A DNA stretch of 63,888 nucleotides, filler included, from Octopus bimaculoides (Eukaryota), in NCBI RefSeq assembly GCF_001194135.2. It is 5 parts of 5 records of this genome, joined end to end, with 100 filler letters (N's around TTAATTAATTAA, not from the genome) between each part and the next. Parts side by side here need not be neighbours in the genome. Positions count along the whole stretch, not along the records: positions 40,317 to 57,747 come from NC_068987.1; positions 57,848 to 63,888 come from NC_069005.1; 3 more parts are not named here. One strand, 5' to 3'. Position 1 is the first letter of the stretch; every line of letters starts with the position of its first letter. Shown here piece by piece: positions 51,635 through 63,888 of this stretch. The notes under the pieces were generated by a model, which saw nothing but the letters and a program-made list of their open reading frames with translations, had not been told where the DNA came from and did not search any database. The position numbers were made by a program, and so were the translations under genes.

Positions 51635-53117
51635 TGTGTGTGTGTGTGTATTTACCATTGTTTCTTTTTAACGTTTACAATACATTTAATTGATTAGTTC
51701 TTTACTTTCTTTTGCGTTATTTTTACATATTAAAAGAAATTTCCAGAATATTTTTCTCAAACCTATATTTTAGAACACAACAAACATTTTGTCATTCTTT
51801 GTTGTATCCTAAGTCCGTTCTTATTGTCTTTGTCTCTCTGTTGTTATTTAACCGGGGGCGTTGTAAACAATTGAAAATGCGTAATATTTTTTTCGCTGCT
51901 TTTTTAAAATTCTATTTTAATGTTTGTTTGTTTCTTTGGGTCTTTTGTAAGCATTTTGTATTTCTCTTTTAATTTAATTCTCAGTCTGAATGAAATGCAC
52001 TTAGTCACTGGTCATACAACTAGCCCACACACTCACCTTATAATTACAAACTTTGATTGAAATGTTCACTTTCCCTCGATCTTAAGTCTTCCATTTTCGT
52101 ACACATTGCCTGTTTCCATTCTTTCGTTTATTATCCTGTTTTTTTTATGTTTGTTTTTTTTTGCTATACTTTCCAGGCTTGTTAGCAGCATTCATGTGTG
52201 TGTATGTGTGTGTGTATTTTAAATGTTTGCAAGTTAAAATGGTTATTGGAATGACCAACAACTAACTGTGAATAAAAATTATGAAATGGGAAAATACTTC
52301 TGCTTCCTACTCAGCTAATATTTTGTCTNNNNNNNNNNNNNNNNNNNNNNNNNNNNNNNNNNNNNNNNNNNNNNNNNNNNNNNNNNNNNNNNNNNNNNNN
52401 NNNNNNNNNNNNNNNNNNNNNNNNNNNNNNNNNNNNNNNNNNNNNNNNNNNNNNNNNNNNNNNNNNNNNNNNNNNNNNNNNNNNNNNNNNNNNNNNNNNN
52501 NNNNNNNNNNNNNNNNNNNNNNNNNNNNNNNNNNNNNNNNNNNNNNNNNNNNNNNNNNNNNNNNNNNNNNNNNNNNNNNNNNNNNNNNNNNNNNNNNNNN
52601 NNNNNNNNNNNNNNNNNNNNNNNNNNNNNNNNNNNNNNNNNNNNNNNNNNNNNNNNNNNNNNNNNNNNNNNNNNNNNNNNNNNNNNNNNNNNNNNNNNNN
52701 NNNNNNNNNNNNNACGTTATATTAATTCCCATTCTATCTTTAGGCATACATACTTCTTTCTTTCACCCGCTGTTTTGTATTGTCGCAGATACTGTATCTC
52801 GCTTTCTCTCTAAATGTAGATGAGGGTTGGTGTGTGGAGGAAAAAGCGGTGGTTTGGCGAAATGATGGGGCGGGGGTGGGTGACATTAATCGTGTTTGTT
52901 TGTTGTATTAGCTACCATCACGCATATATATGAGTTTCATATCCACATTGTTTTATGTTCTGATCTAGGAATGCGTTCGTTTTGCAAACAGAACCGTTGT
53001 AATTTGAAACTGTGTCAAAGCGCGTCGTAACGCTGAAGCAAGAGGGTTCATGATTAGGCTATTTATCTATTTAGTTGTCATCCAACAGACATCAGGAAAT
53101 TGTGCAGCTGCAAGTAT

Positions 53118-53173
<56 letters not shown>

Positions 53174-53174
53174 G

Positions 53175-53209
<35 letters not shown>

Positions 53210-53870
53210 GCAGGCATACAGACAGACATAAGTATGCGTGTGTGGAATGACACAAAGTAACTGACCCAGAGGAGTGATTACGATATCAACTGATAAAGAT
53301 AAGGCCCAGTATGTCGGACGCGTGTGTGTGTTAACCAGAAAAATTGAAATTTCTAACATTTTTTTCTTATCTGGTACACACAATTGAGGTCGTATTAAAA
53401 TAGCTGTCTATGTATTATACCTAAAGTATGTACACTGCTGATAGGCGTACATAACACACTACTCGATTCATCAATGTGAGGGACCCTGGACATCCGTTAT
53501 TTTGACATCATTGTGTCTCGTCAGCCAACAGTACTGTGGACTAAGAAAGCTGAAAGGTTGCTGCTTTCGTTTAAAACGTCAGCAAGCAAATTATTTGCTG
53601 ATGCGCGTTAATGTCTGCCATCCGATAGAAGATCGTCATATGCACGATGGGCAGCAAGAACCAACACGATGACTTGCATATTCTTAACACATACCGACAG
53701 ATTCGGACGTGAATTCAGGGTGCCTTCAGTTAACAAGACACAACGGTGATGAAACACCGACTGTGCTAAAGTCCTTTCGTGCTCATGAACCTTGTGTGCT
53801 ATGGTCACAGATTCGTCTGAAAGGAGAAGTTGTCTTCTATAATGAAACATAACAGCGATTAGCACATTCA

Positions 53871-54168
53871 TGTTTATTGAGCAAAAACACCTAAAGCTCC
53901 ACGAGGCTCCAGAAGAGGATGGTGGCGAACCCTGCTGTACTCTTTCACCACAACTTTCTCTCACTCTTTCTTCCTGTTTCTGTTGTGCCTGTAATTCAAA
54001 GGGGCCAGCCTTGTCACACTCTGTGTCAAGCTGAATCTCCCTGAGAACTACGTTAAGGGTACACGTGTCTGCGGAGTGCTCAGCCACTTGCACGTTAATT
54101 TCACTAGCGGGCTGTTCCGTTGATCCGATCAACTGGAGCCCTCGTCGTCGTAACCGACGGAGTGCCAC
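53871..54168 (+). mobile_element. SINE family B, headless copy with complete 3' tail
   Basis: Reverse complement of 4300-4500. Ends CCCTCGTCGTCGTAACCGACGGAGTGCCAC, followed by (TGTA)n. Confidence 0.85.
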
Positions 54169-54462
54169 GGACAGAATGTATGTATGTATGTATGTCTGTA
54201 TTCCTTGTATATCCTCGTTTATCACTGGTGCTTGGTCTCAAAAACACACCGTGTTAAACGAACCAATGTCAAATGAATAATAGAACATATAGGGAAAACT
54301 GGTTTCGTTCTGAGACCCCCAAGGTCTCCTGAACATTGTCGATGGCCGGTGAACCAAGATTTTGTGCTCTAAGCAGATCAATTGTGGTAACCGTTACACT
54401 GTTCACAATTGAGCATACTGCGTTATTTCGTATCAGTGATGAATGAATCGGTGATAAATGAT

Positions 54463-54496
<34 letters not shown>

Positions 54497-54944
54497 AGAA
54501 AACAATTTCTTAATAATTCATTGTGAAATGATGAAAATAAACAACAGAGCTGCTGCTTCGTCCATTGGCAAACTTCCTCAAGGAGTGGGAAGGCAGCCAA
54601 TGTTTTGTTTTGGGGGGAATCTTCGACGTATTTTCTCTTCTTCGTCTTCTTCTGCGTTCGTACAGTGATGCATTGCTATTTTAGGAACGATCGAACTGGA
54701 GCGAGAAGCAAAAGCTAAAATAATGTGGTCGTGTTCTTAACGTCTGCAGGAATATTCGTTTAGTATATTTATCTGTAACCTTCAATCAGACCTACTCTAG
54801 TTGTTGTTGTTGTTGTTGTTGTCTTTGTCATATGCTTTTCTACTGCTGCTGCTTGTGTTGCTGTTGCTGCTGTTGCTGCAGTAGTTACTGCGGCAACAAT
54901 TGTTGGGAAAGCCGTGAACGTCAAAATCATTGTTTAAATTTAAA

Positions 54945-55160
54945 ATAGTTTCTACTATTGGCACAAGGCCTGAAATTTGGGGGAAGGGTTATAATCAATT
55001 ACATCGACCCAGTGTTTTACTGGTACTTAATTTATTGACCCTGAAAGGATGGAAAACAAAATTGATCTCGGCGGAAATTGAACTCATAACGTTGCGACAG
55101 GCGGAATACCGCTAAGAATTTCGTCCAGCGTGCTTAACGATTCTGCCAGATCGCCGCCTT
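54945..55160 (-). mobile_element. SINE family A, full length
   Basis: Reverse-complement homologue of 43587-43790, including the 3' CCTTGTGCC end. Confidence 0.85.
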
Positions 55161-55184
55161 AAGAGAAGCGCTAGTAATAATATT

Positions 55185-55220
<36 letters not shown>

Positions 55221-56195
55221 CCATTCTAATTTTGGCATAAACCAAGAATTTTCATGCTGAAGAGTAAGTTATTTCCACCCCCGTTCACGTATTGAGCCCA
55301 CAACGTTACACTCGTGAGTTGAATTCCCTAGCCACTATGTCACGGACCTTCACGCGATCTGTTCGACTAAAACCCTTCAAGGCGGTGCCTCCAGCATGGC
55401 CGCAGTCCAATGACTGAAACAAGTGAAAGGATATAACAGAAGATATGTTTTGACTTACGGAAACGATTAAGAACCGCCTCCGCTTAAAGCCAAATAAAAG
55501 GAAAAAAATTCCATTGAAACGCTTAACTTTGAGTGAGCGTATTCTACATTAGGAAATCCATGTAGACATAACTGGTTTCACATTAGCATCGGTCCCACTA
55601 TTCCCAAAACCACCCACGTCAACACACTATGAGATGTGTCAGCATCGTTAAGAATGTGTCAGAAACGTATACGATGTGATATACTTGTAAAGAGGGCGTC
55701 AGCTTCACAAATCGTTTGTCAACGTCGAGACCTTTAAATATTTGCTTTTCTTTTATCTGTTTTAAAGATTTCATTTTTCTCTGAGTACACACAAAGGTGT
55801 GTACTTTAGAGGAATGATTGCGTATATCGTGGGCATATGAGGAAGTGTTAGTGAAAAAAAAAAAAGCTATAGCTTTTGTGAACTTCTACAGGAAACCAGT
55901 TACATATGGTACTGAGTAAATATGTTAAAGCTTAATTCAATAGCCTGTGAACACTTCCTCCTGCCCTGCGATCCTTATGTACGCATACACACGCTTACAT
56001 CCATAAATTTCTCCTTTGCTCATGATATCTCCTTTCTTACAACCTCTTCTTATTTCCTGGTGTCTTTTCTCTTTTCTCCTCCATTCTCGTTCACCCTTTT
56101 CCCCATCGTAGCTTCTTTCTCTAAAGTGAAGAAAGGGAGAAGAGAAAGAGAGATAGAGAGATAGAGATAAATGGAGCATTGACAGAACAAAGCTA

Positions 56196-56422
56196 TTGGG
56201 TTGTCCGGAAAGTTCGTGCCGATTTTTAAAGCAAAGAAAAAGGTCAATAAACACTTGCCATTACATTTTTAATCAACTAAATATGAACCATTTTGTTGCA
56301 CAATGCATCTCCATCTTTCCTTTAACTTGAAGATACCCTCTTCCCAGAATTGAGATGGTTTCATGGCAAATAAGTCAAAAGTAAGCTACTATAAATCGGC
56401 ACGAACTTTCCGGACAACCCAA
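56196..56422 (-). mobile_element. Mariner-derived MITE (internally deleted element) with perfect 30-bp TIRs
   Basis: TTGGGTTGTCCGGAAAGTTCGTGCCGATTT with its exact reverse complement at the other end, TA on both sides. The interior encodes the mariner C-terminus WEEGIFKLKERWRCIVQQNGSYLVD* on the minus strand. Confidence 0.92.
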
Positions 56423-56611
56423 TATTAAATTTGGAGAGTTAAAGTTCGCGCGCCAACGAGAGATAGGTATATTTTCGAACTTATATGATTCTATCATCAG
56501 CATTTTAAGGAATATAGGAGCTTGACAAATCCCGTCAACATTCTGATACGAGTGTAAAGGAAAATGAGCCAACGGATGTAACTCAGAGAGGTCTGCAGCA
56601 TGGACGAAGAG

Positions 56612-56772
56612 ATGCTGTAAAGTTCCTGGTTTTATGGGTATCGCGAAAGGCCTATTTGGAGGCCCAACCTTCCGAGTTCTTTTAAAGGGCTTAGAAAAAC
56701 TGGAGGACCGCTGCAGTAAGTGTATGAATCATAATTAACTGATTCTCCAGTATTTTCCTCTACCAAAGTCTA
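56612..56772 (+). mobile_element. Mariner-derived MITE, second family
   Basis: GATGCTGTAAAGTTCCTGG TIR remnant. Encodes GLEKLEDRCSKCMN, resembling a mariner C-terminus. Homologous to 20657-20838. Confidence 0.7.
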
Positions 56773-57349
56773 CGTCCGGCTTCCACTTCTCTATTTCTAT
56801 GTCCGACTTCATTATTATTATTATTAGTAGTAGTAGTAGTAGTAGTAGTATCATCATCATCCTCATCATCATCATCACCGTCATCACTTTGCAAGAATTG
56901 AAAACTGAAGCTTTTTCATAAGTACAACTTAATATTCAGCATTATGGGTTACCATACAAAAATATGAAGGATCAAATATGTGAAATATGCAGGAGGAATG
57001 AATGCTATTTAATATAGAAAACCGGATAAAAGCTGGGAATAGAGTTAATTTAACACAGCAAAGGGAGTGCCTGTTTCCTACTGTTACGGAATGCAGGACT
57101 GTGTCACTAAACAAGCGGCAACAAACACCACCCGCAAAAAATAAACACACATCTAGGTTTTTAACGTCATTTAGGTCTAACTTTTGTCGTATCTTTTATG
57201 CTATACTGGTTTCAGTAACTGGACTCCGGTCATACTGGAGCACAGCCTTAAAAGGTTTTGGTCGAACAGACTGTCGCCACTTCTTGTTTTTCTTCTTTTC
57301 TTTTCTTTTTTTTCTTTACTTAAATATATTCCGTATGGTACTTCTTCTT

Positions 57350-57710
57350 TTCTTCTCTAGGCACAAGGTTCAAAATTTTTGGGGAGAAAGGGGGGAAAGT
57401 TGATTAGCTCGACCTCACTACGTAACTGGTACTTAATTTATCGACCCCGAAACGATGAAAGGTAAAGTCGACCTCAGCGGAATTTGAACTCAGAACGTAA
57501 AGACAGACGAAATACCGCTAAGCATTTTGCTCAGCGTGCTAACGTTTCTTATTTCTTTATTGCCTACAAGGGGCTAAACATAGAAGGGGACAAACAAGGA
57601 CAGACAAAGGGATTAAGTCGATTACATCGAACCCAATGCGTAACTGGTACTTAATTTATCGACCCTGAAAGGATGAAAGGCAAAGTCGACCTCGGCAGAA
57701 TTTGAACTAT
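57350..57710 (-). mobile_element. Two tandem SINE family A copies (57350-57545, 57610-57710)
   Basis: ACTGGTACTTAATTTATCGACCC.GAAA.GATGAAAGG.AAAGTCGACCTC occurs twice. Confidence 0.85.
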
Positions 57711-57868
57711 CTATATATCTATCTATCTATATATCTAAATCTATCTANNNNNNNNNNNNNNNNNNNNNNNNNNNNNNNNNNNNNNNNNNNNTTAATTAAT
57801 TAANNNNNNNNNNNNNNNNNNNNNNNNNNNNNNNNNNNNNNNNNNNNATATATATATATATATATACA

Positions 57869-57911
<43 letters not shown>

Positions 57912-57924
57912 GTATATACATTTT

Positions 57925-58068
57925 CCAATCAATCCTTTCCGCCCAAGAGCGTAGGCTCGAAACGTCAAAGACTTTTCCATTCTTCCCAAGCGTTAAACAA
58001 ATACTAATACATCTGCTCGTTGTTCCTACACCTGTCTTCGTGTTTTGTTTTCTGTAAATTTGAACCTT
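57925..58068 (+). mobile_element. Penelope pseudo-LTR-like repeat (copy 3, degenerate core)
   Basis: Aligns with 2085-2248. Motif is CTTT-CCGCCCA-A-GAGC GTAG GCTC-GAAA-CGTC/AAAG. Confidence 0.55.
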
Positions 58069-58107
58069 ATACATACATACATACATACATACATACATGC
58101 ATACATG

Positions 58108-58139
<32 letters not shown>

Positions 58140-58173
58140 CGGACATGCATGTATACGTACATGCATATATACA

Positions 58174-58239
<66 letters not shown>

Positions 58240-59061
58240 NNNNNNNNNNNNNNNNNNNNNNNNNNNNNNNNNNNNNNNNNNNNNNNNNNNNNNNNNNNNN
58301 NNNNNNNNNNNNNNNNNNNNNNNNNNNNNNNNNNNNNNNNNNNNNNNNNNNNNNNNNNNNNNNNNNNNNNNNNNNNNNNNNNNNNNNNNNNNNNNNNNNN
58401 NNNNNNNNNNNNNNNNNNNNNNNNNNNNNNNNNNNNNNNNNNNNNNNNNNNNNNNNNNNNNNNNNNNNNNNNNNNNNNNNNNNNNNNNNNNNNNNNNNNN
58501 NNNNNNNNNNNNNNNNNNNNNNNNNNNNNNNNNNNNNNNNNNNNNNNNNNNNNNNNNNNNNNNNNNNNNNNNNNNNNNNNNNNNNNNNNNNNNNNNNNNN
58601 NNNNNNNNNNNNNNNNNNNNNNNNNNNNNNNNNNNNNNNNNNNNNNNNNNNNNNNNNNNNNNNNNNNNNNNNNNNNNNNNNNNNNNNNNNNNNNNNNNNN
58701 NNNNNNNNNNNNNNNNNNNNNNNNNNNNNNNNNNNNNNNNNNNNNNNNNNNNNNNNNNNNNNNNNNNNNNNNNNNNNNNNNNNNNNNNNNNNNNNNNNNN
58801 NNNNNNNNNNNNNNNNNNNNNNNNNNNNNNNNNNNNNNNNNNNNNNNNNNNNNNNNNNNNNNNNNNNNNNNNNNNNNNNNNNNNNNNNNNNNNNNNNNNN
58901 NNNNNNNNNNNNNNNNNNNNNNNNNNNNNNNNNNNNNNNNNNNNNNNNNNNNNNNNNNNNNNNNNNNNNNNNNNNNNNNNNNNNNNNNNNNNNNNNNNNN
59001 NNNNNNNNNNNTATATATATATATATATATATATGCATGTACATATATATATATTTATATG

Positions 59062-59098
<37 letters not shown>

Positions 59099-59210
59099 GT
59101 ATGTATACATATATGTGAATATATACATACATACACATATATACATACATGCATTCATACAGTGTAAAAAGGAAAAGTGGGTGTGAGCATATGTGAGAAA
59201 GTGCCAAAAA

Positions 59211-59246
<36 letters not shown>

Positions 59247-60534
59247 AAGAAACAGGCATAAAGAGATGAAAAGATAGAAAGATAGATGGATAGAGAGGAA
59301 GAGAGAGAGGGGAGGAGAGAAAGAGACGGTGAGAGCTGAGCCTCTGCACGTCGTTAAAACCATTTAATTGTCGTCTACTGTTTCTAGAAGCTGTGAACAC
59401 AGTATTAGTACATGTTTTAACAACACCCACACCGAATCTAGTTAAAAGGTCATTTTGTCATCGTGTCACTGTTTGCCATCCATACATAGCTTAAATCCTC
59501 ATCACTCATATGTCTACGACATCACTTCTACTAATCTGTCTCTATTCATTAGTCTTTTGATGTTGTTTTTTTAAACAGTTTTTCTCTCCATCTTTCTGTT
59601 TTTCCGTCTTTACGTGTCTCTCTGTTCATCTATCAATCTCTGTCTAACCATCTTTCTCTCTCTCTCTGTCACTCTCTCCCTCTCTCTCCTTTCTCCACCA
59701 GCTCACCTCTGCCACTCTATCCTTCTCTCTTTCTCTCTCCGTTTGTTCACCTGTCTCTCCCGGCCTCTTTTTTTGTCATCTTTCTCTCACTCTGTACTTC
59801 TCTTTTTCATTCTGTTTCTCTTTCTCTCTCTATCTTCTTTTTTGTCGCCCCGTCTGTGTGTGCGTGTCTGTCTGTCTGTCTGTCTATTCACTAGCCTCTC
59901 TCTATCTCTCTCTCTCTCTGTCTCCCCGCCTCCCCCACCATGCCCATCTCTCATTTGCTTTTTAACTCTGTCCGTTTCTTTCTTTCCCTTTTTTTTCACT
60001 TCCATCTAAACCACATCACCACTACAACAGCAGCATCATAAACAGCAGCAGTTGCAGTAGCAGCAGTCGCAGCAGCAGCAGTCGCAGCAGCAGTAATAGC
60101 TTATTGTTGTATAACCCATGGTCACCTGTGATCAAAGAAACCTATGATCCATGATCAAAGACGCCCCCACTCCCACCAATTTAACGTTGACCCATTACAT
60201 ATCAAACACGGATAACATTATCTAATGCATTATATCCGGTTTGAAAGATGGAGGAAGGTTTCGGGTTTTAGATTGATTTAAATGCTATTTTTAGCATGTC
60301 GAGCGACCAGACTGAAGGCTTGTTTGATGGCTTCGCTGCAACCTAGTTGAAATGTAGGGTAAAAACAGGAACTGGAGATTAAAACGGAGAAGGATTGCGT
60401 TGAGATGGTAATGCAAAAAAGATTCTGAGAAGGAAAGACTAACGATCTTTTAATGACAGTTTCTCAATAGCAATCCTACTAAAAACCAAAAATAATGCAA
60501 AAAAAAAAACAAGAAAAAAGAAACAAATAAACAT

Positions 60535-60665
60535 AGGGGCAGGAGTGGCTGTGTTATAAGTAGCTTGCTTCTCAACCACATGGTTCTTGTTTCAGTCCCA
60601 CTGCGTGGCACCTTGAGCAAGTGTCTTCTACTATAGCCTTGGGCTGACCAAAGCCTTTTGGGTGG
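60535..60665 (+). mobile_element. SINE family C, 5' part
   Basis: GGGGCAGGAGTGGCTGTG..AAGTAGCTTGC..CAGTCCCACTGCGTGGCACCTTG aligns with 47165-47290. Confidence 0.8.
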
Positions 60666-61726
60666 ATGACAAAAGCCGGTTTATACAGAGGGGGGAGGGC
60701 GAAAGAGAGGCAGATAGAAAATATTCCGGTTTAATAACATCAAGGTCTGAACATTGGCGACGGCTGACAATGAAAATGTCTTCAGTAGCATTACAACAAC
60801 TAGCTGCATCAGTTAAGGGGGTCTTGTTAGTTGATGTCGATGAGTTTATGAACAAGTTTCAGGCATGGTCATGTAATTAAAGGGGTTCATTTCGTAATCA
60901 TGTGATTCCCGCTTCGATTTCATAGCGCCAGATCAACTGTAGCAAAGATAAAGTGATTGTACCCAGATAAAGTAACACCACCCACATATAGTAATCCTAC
61001 CCCAATAAAGTAACCCTTTTCACATGAAGTAACCCTATGCTCCTTATCATCTTTGATGTCGGACTGTGCAACAGATCTGCCGCATCTTCCACATAATTCC
61101 ATACTCGATTCATCATAGACAACTAGTGTGGTTCTACATTATCATTTAAATGTTTCGTACAACGTTAATTAATTATCAGGTTTTTGACACCAACAAACAA
61201 TTAAACAATCTCTCTGACGACATCTCTGGTGAAACTTGACCTTTTATTATTGTTTTATACTACTAAATAACAAATTAGGATGATTATGACGAGCGTGATT
61301 AACATGCCAGAAACAACAGCCTTATCAGGCGATATGCCTCACAGTGGGTAGGTAAATTGTGAGTTGAAATCCCTCAAGGGAAAAAGATTCTCTCTCATCA
61401 TTTTTACTATAGAGTATAAATTACATAGAATTTGGTACGAAGAAACAAGTAGCATCATGACCATGATCACCTTAATCCCGGGGGAGGCAAGAAATAATAA
61501 AAACACGAGAAAAAATCAGACACTTCATAAAGACACGAGCAAAATATATGAAAAGCATTTTATCTGCCTAGAGCGGTGGTTCCAAAAGCAGGCGGTGGTT
61601 CCAAAAGCAGGTGGTGGAAAGTTCCAGTGGGGTGTTGAAGAAAAGATGGGCGATAATGGGGTGGCTTGTAAAAGAAAAACAAAACCAAAAAAAAAATAGA
61701 AAAAACGTTTGATATACTTTATTGTG

Positions 61727-62130
61727 TACTAGCTTAAAAGCCGCATTCCATGTGGACATTTAGGTTAGCTCCTGTGGAGGGCTGACTGGGCCCGCGCCCG
61801 GAAACTAAAGAGAGCAATAATAATAAAGCACTTAATAGTCCCCTACCAAATATGGTCTTACTCTAAATTCAGTTTAAATGAAAAGCTTGTAAGTTCACGA
61901 ATTTTTGGAGTTTTTTTAAAATTTGTATTTTCAACTGTTAGCTTACAACAAATCCTCACCCAGACCTGATCTTAATGCTGGATGTTCAAGAACGAAATGA
62001 AGGGCAGATTTTCAATCCCGGGACCATCCTGATTCCAAAAAAGGTATAATGTGTCTATGTCGAGCAAATGTAGACGAGATACAGGGGTCCCGGACGGACA
62101 GACAGAATTTCTCGTTTATTGTTATAGACT
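61727..62130 (+). mobile_element. Possible non-autonomous Helitron-like (Lep1/HINE-type) element
   Basis: Starts ACTAGC..GCCGCATTCCATGTGGAC and ends GGACGGACAGACAGAATTTCTCGTTTATTGTTATAGACT. The ACTAGC start, (GACA)n subterminal repeat and TATAGA end match that architecture. Confidence 0.45.
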
Positions 62131-62843
62131 ATGGTTGCATAACGAAATGCCGTGTCCCCTACAAGCCAGAGGTCTATGATGAATTAACGTAGAGTTATCG
62201 ACCTTTTTACCTCTCCTACGTAGAAAGGTAAAAAGACATCAAGTTACTTATGCTTTTTAAATGTATCGCAGGTCGCATTTTATTCCCTGAACAACCAATA
62301 GGAAAGCTTTTTTTTTTTCCCCCAACATTCACGACTGGGGCACAACACCAGCATTATGTTGTGCTCTTGAGGTACCATGAAAACATGCGTCAATAAGGAC
62401 AACACTGTACACAGAATCACCAAAAGTCATTTCGTCCCTGATCATCTGCTGCCTATACCGTGTCACGAACCAGGAATCAAGGTGTTAATGATTATGACAC
62501 TTCATGTTTCTTTGCACCAAATTTTGTGACAGGAGTGAAGAAAGAGAATTTTTTTGTCCCTCTGGGATTTGAACTCAGTATTTGTTTGCTCGCTGTCAGA
62601 CGTATCGTCTGAGAAGTCCATTGTTTCTACCATTTATCACGCTCATCATAATCATCGTAATTTTAATTGTTGTTATTTGGTAAGAACAGCAATAATCAAG
62701 TACCAAGTCTCATTAGGGATGTCGTTAGGGAAAACTAATTAGTTTTTGGTGTCAGACAGAGAAATGAAGAGAATGAGGGAGTGTTATATGGAATAAAGGT
62801 ATGAAGCATTCCAATAAGAGAGGGGATGGAGACAGCTATATAC

Positions 62844-62877
<34 letters not shown>

Positions 62878-62961
62878 CTGTGTGTGTTTGTGTTTGTGTG
62901 TGTTTGTGTGGTGTGTTTGTGTGCGACTGCTTAACCATCTTTTCCTTTCTTTTCACATATA

Positions 62962-62993
<32 letters not shown>

Positions 62994-63430
62994 CATACAT
63001 GCATGCATACATACATGCATACATACATATATACATACATACATACATATATGTGTGTTTGTGCGTGTGTGTGCCTGCTTAACTATCTGTTACTTTCTCT
63101 TCACACGTACACACGCACACATATGTATATGTATATATATATATATATATATNNNNNNNNNNNNNNNNNNNNNNNNNNNNNNNNNNNNNNNNNNNNNNNN
63201 NNNNNNNNNNNNNNNNNNNNNNNNNNNNNNNNNNNNNNNNNNNNNNNNNNNNNNNNNNNNNNNNNNNNNNNNNNNNNNNNNNNNNNNNNNNNNNNNNNNN
63301 NNNNNNNNNNNNNNNNNNNNNNNNNNNNNNNNNNNNNNNNNNNNNNNNNNNNNNNNNNNNNNNNNNNNNNNNNNNNNNNNNNNNNNNNNNNNNNNNNNNN
63401 NNNNNNNNNNNNNNNNNNNNNNNNNNNNNN

Positions 63431-63727
63431 ATATGTAGTTTGTCCGTCGATGTAACGAAGACCATCTAGTCATCCTGGGGTGGGGATGGTTTTTTTTCGT
63501 GAGTCCGCAGATGGCTAGTGAGGCCAATCTGCGCCCGAAAGAGTCTTTGACAGTGTGGACAGGGAATGGTAGCGCCTGCTACAGGGTTCTTAGCTCTGTT
63601 CTTCCCGGCTTGTGTGCGGTCTTCTGCAGCAGCGATCCTATTGGTCTCGCATGTGTTGGCACCGTTGTGGACAGCCGATCTCCACCTTTCTCTGTCTAGA
63701 GCAGACTGCTCCCAAGTTGCATGGTCG
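63431..63727 (-). mobile_element. 5'-truncated RTE-clade LINE 3' end
   Basis: DHATWEQSALDRERWRSAVHNG...IPCPHCQRLFRAQIGLTSHLRTH: the RTE C-terminus with a CCHH zinc finger, then a stop and short 3' UTR. The truncation point abuts a (TACA)n tract. Confidence 0.88.
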
Positions 63728-63888
63728 ATGTATGTATGTATGTATGTATGTATGTATGTATGTATGTATGTATGTATGTATGTATGTATGTATGTATATA
63801 TTGTCCTAACGTTCGAAACGCGGAGTAGATAAGACAAGGGACAACTGAAGAAGGGGAATGTTCTTTATGTTGCTCGTCTCGTTTCTCT

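Noticed and set aside
53608-54225. 205-aa minus-strand ORF
   Set aside because: Half of it is the antisense of a SINE-B copy plus a microsatellite, and the remainder matched no family I recognise.
57796-59186. Longest ORFs in the track (325-452 aa), and similar ones at 12.9-13.7, 29.3-30.3 and 52.3-52.8 kb
   Set aside because: They are open only because they run through N gaps and (TA)/(TACA) repeats.
60101-60127. LLLYNPWSP, resembling transglutaminase ILFNPWC
   Set aside because: It is preceded in frame by a poly-Ser CAG repeat, has no acceptor site, lies in the wrong order relative to the core exon, and overlaps a short dispersed repeat (cf. 38600-38660, 47965-48030).

Overview
AT-rich, microsatellite-saturated animal genomic DNA with many assembly gaps. 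The repeat landscape resembles an octopus (coleoid cephalopod) genome; that species call is inference from repeat families recalled from memory. Only one confident host coding exon is visible: a 136-nt transglutaminase catalytic-core exon at 26985-27120 (+) with canonical splice sites, and I could not find its neighbouring exons. The rest is intron/intergenic-type sequence. It holds about 20 copies of one tRNA-derived SINE family, two or three other SINE families, decayed Penelope, CR1/Jockey-like and RTE retrotransposons, a decayed mariner, and several Tc1/mariner, hAT and palindromic MITEs. The most notable unannotated signal is a set of hammerhead-ribozyme motifs. Two have a canonical core (21696-21740 on -, 20161-20260 on +), and three are minimal variant-core copies inside a dispersed Penelope-pLTR-like repeat. 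Several long fold-back structures are also present, including an 80-bp hairpin whose only mismatches are A:C. Almost all ORFs in the supplied track are artefacts of microsatellites or N-runs. No CRISPR, rRNA or intact tRNA gene was seen. Repeat boundaries are approximate, since all alignments were done by eye.
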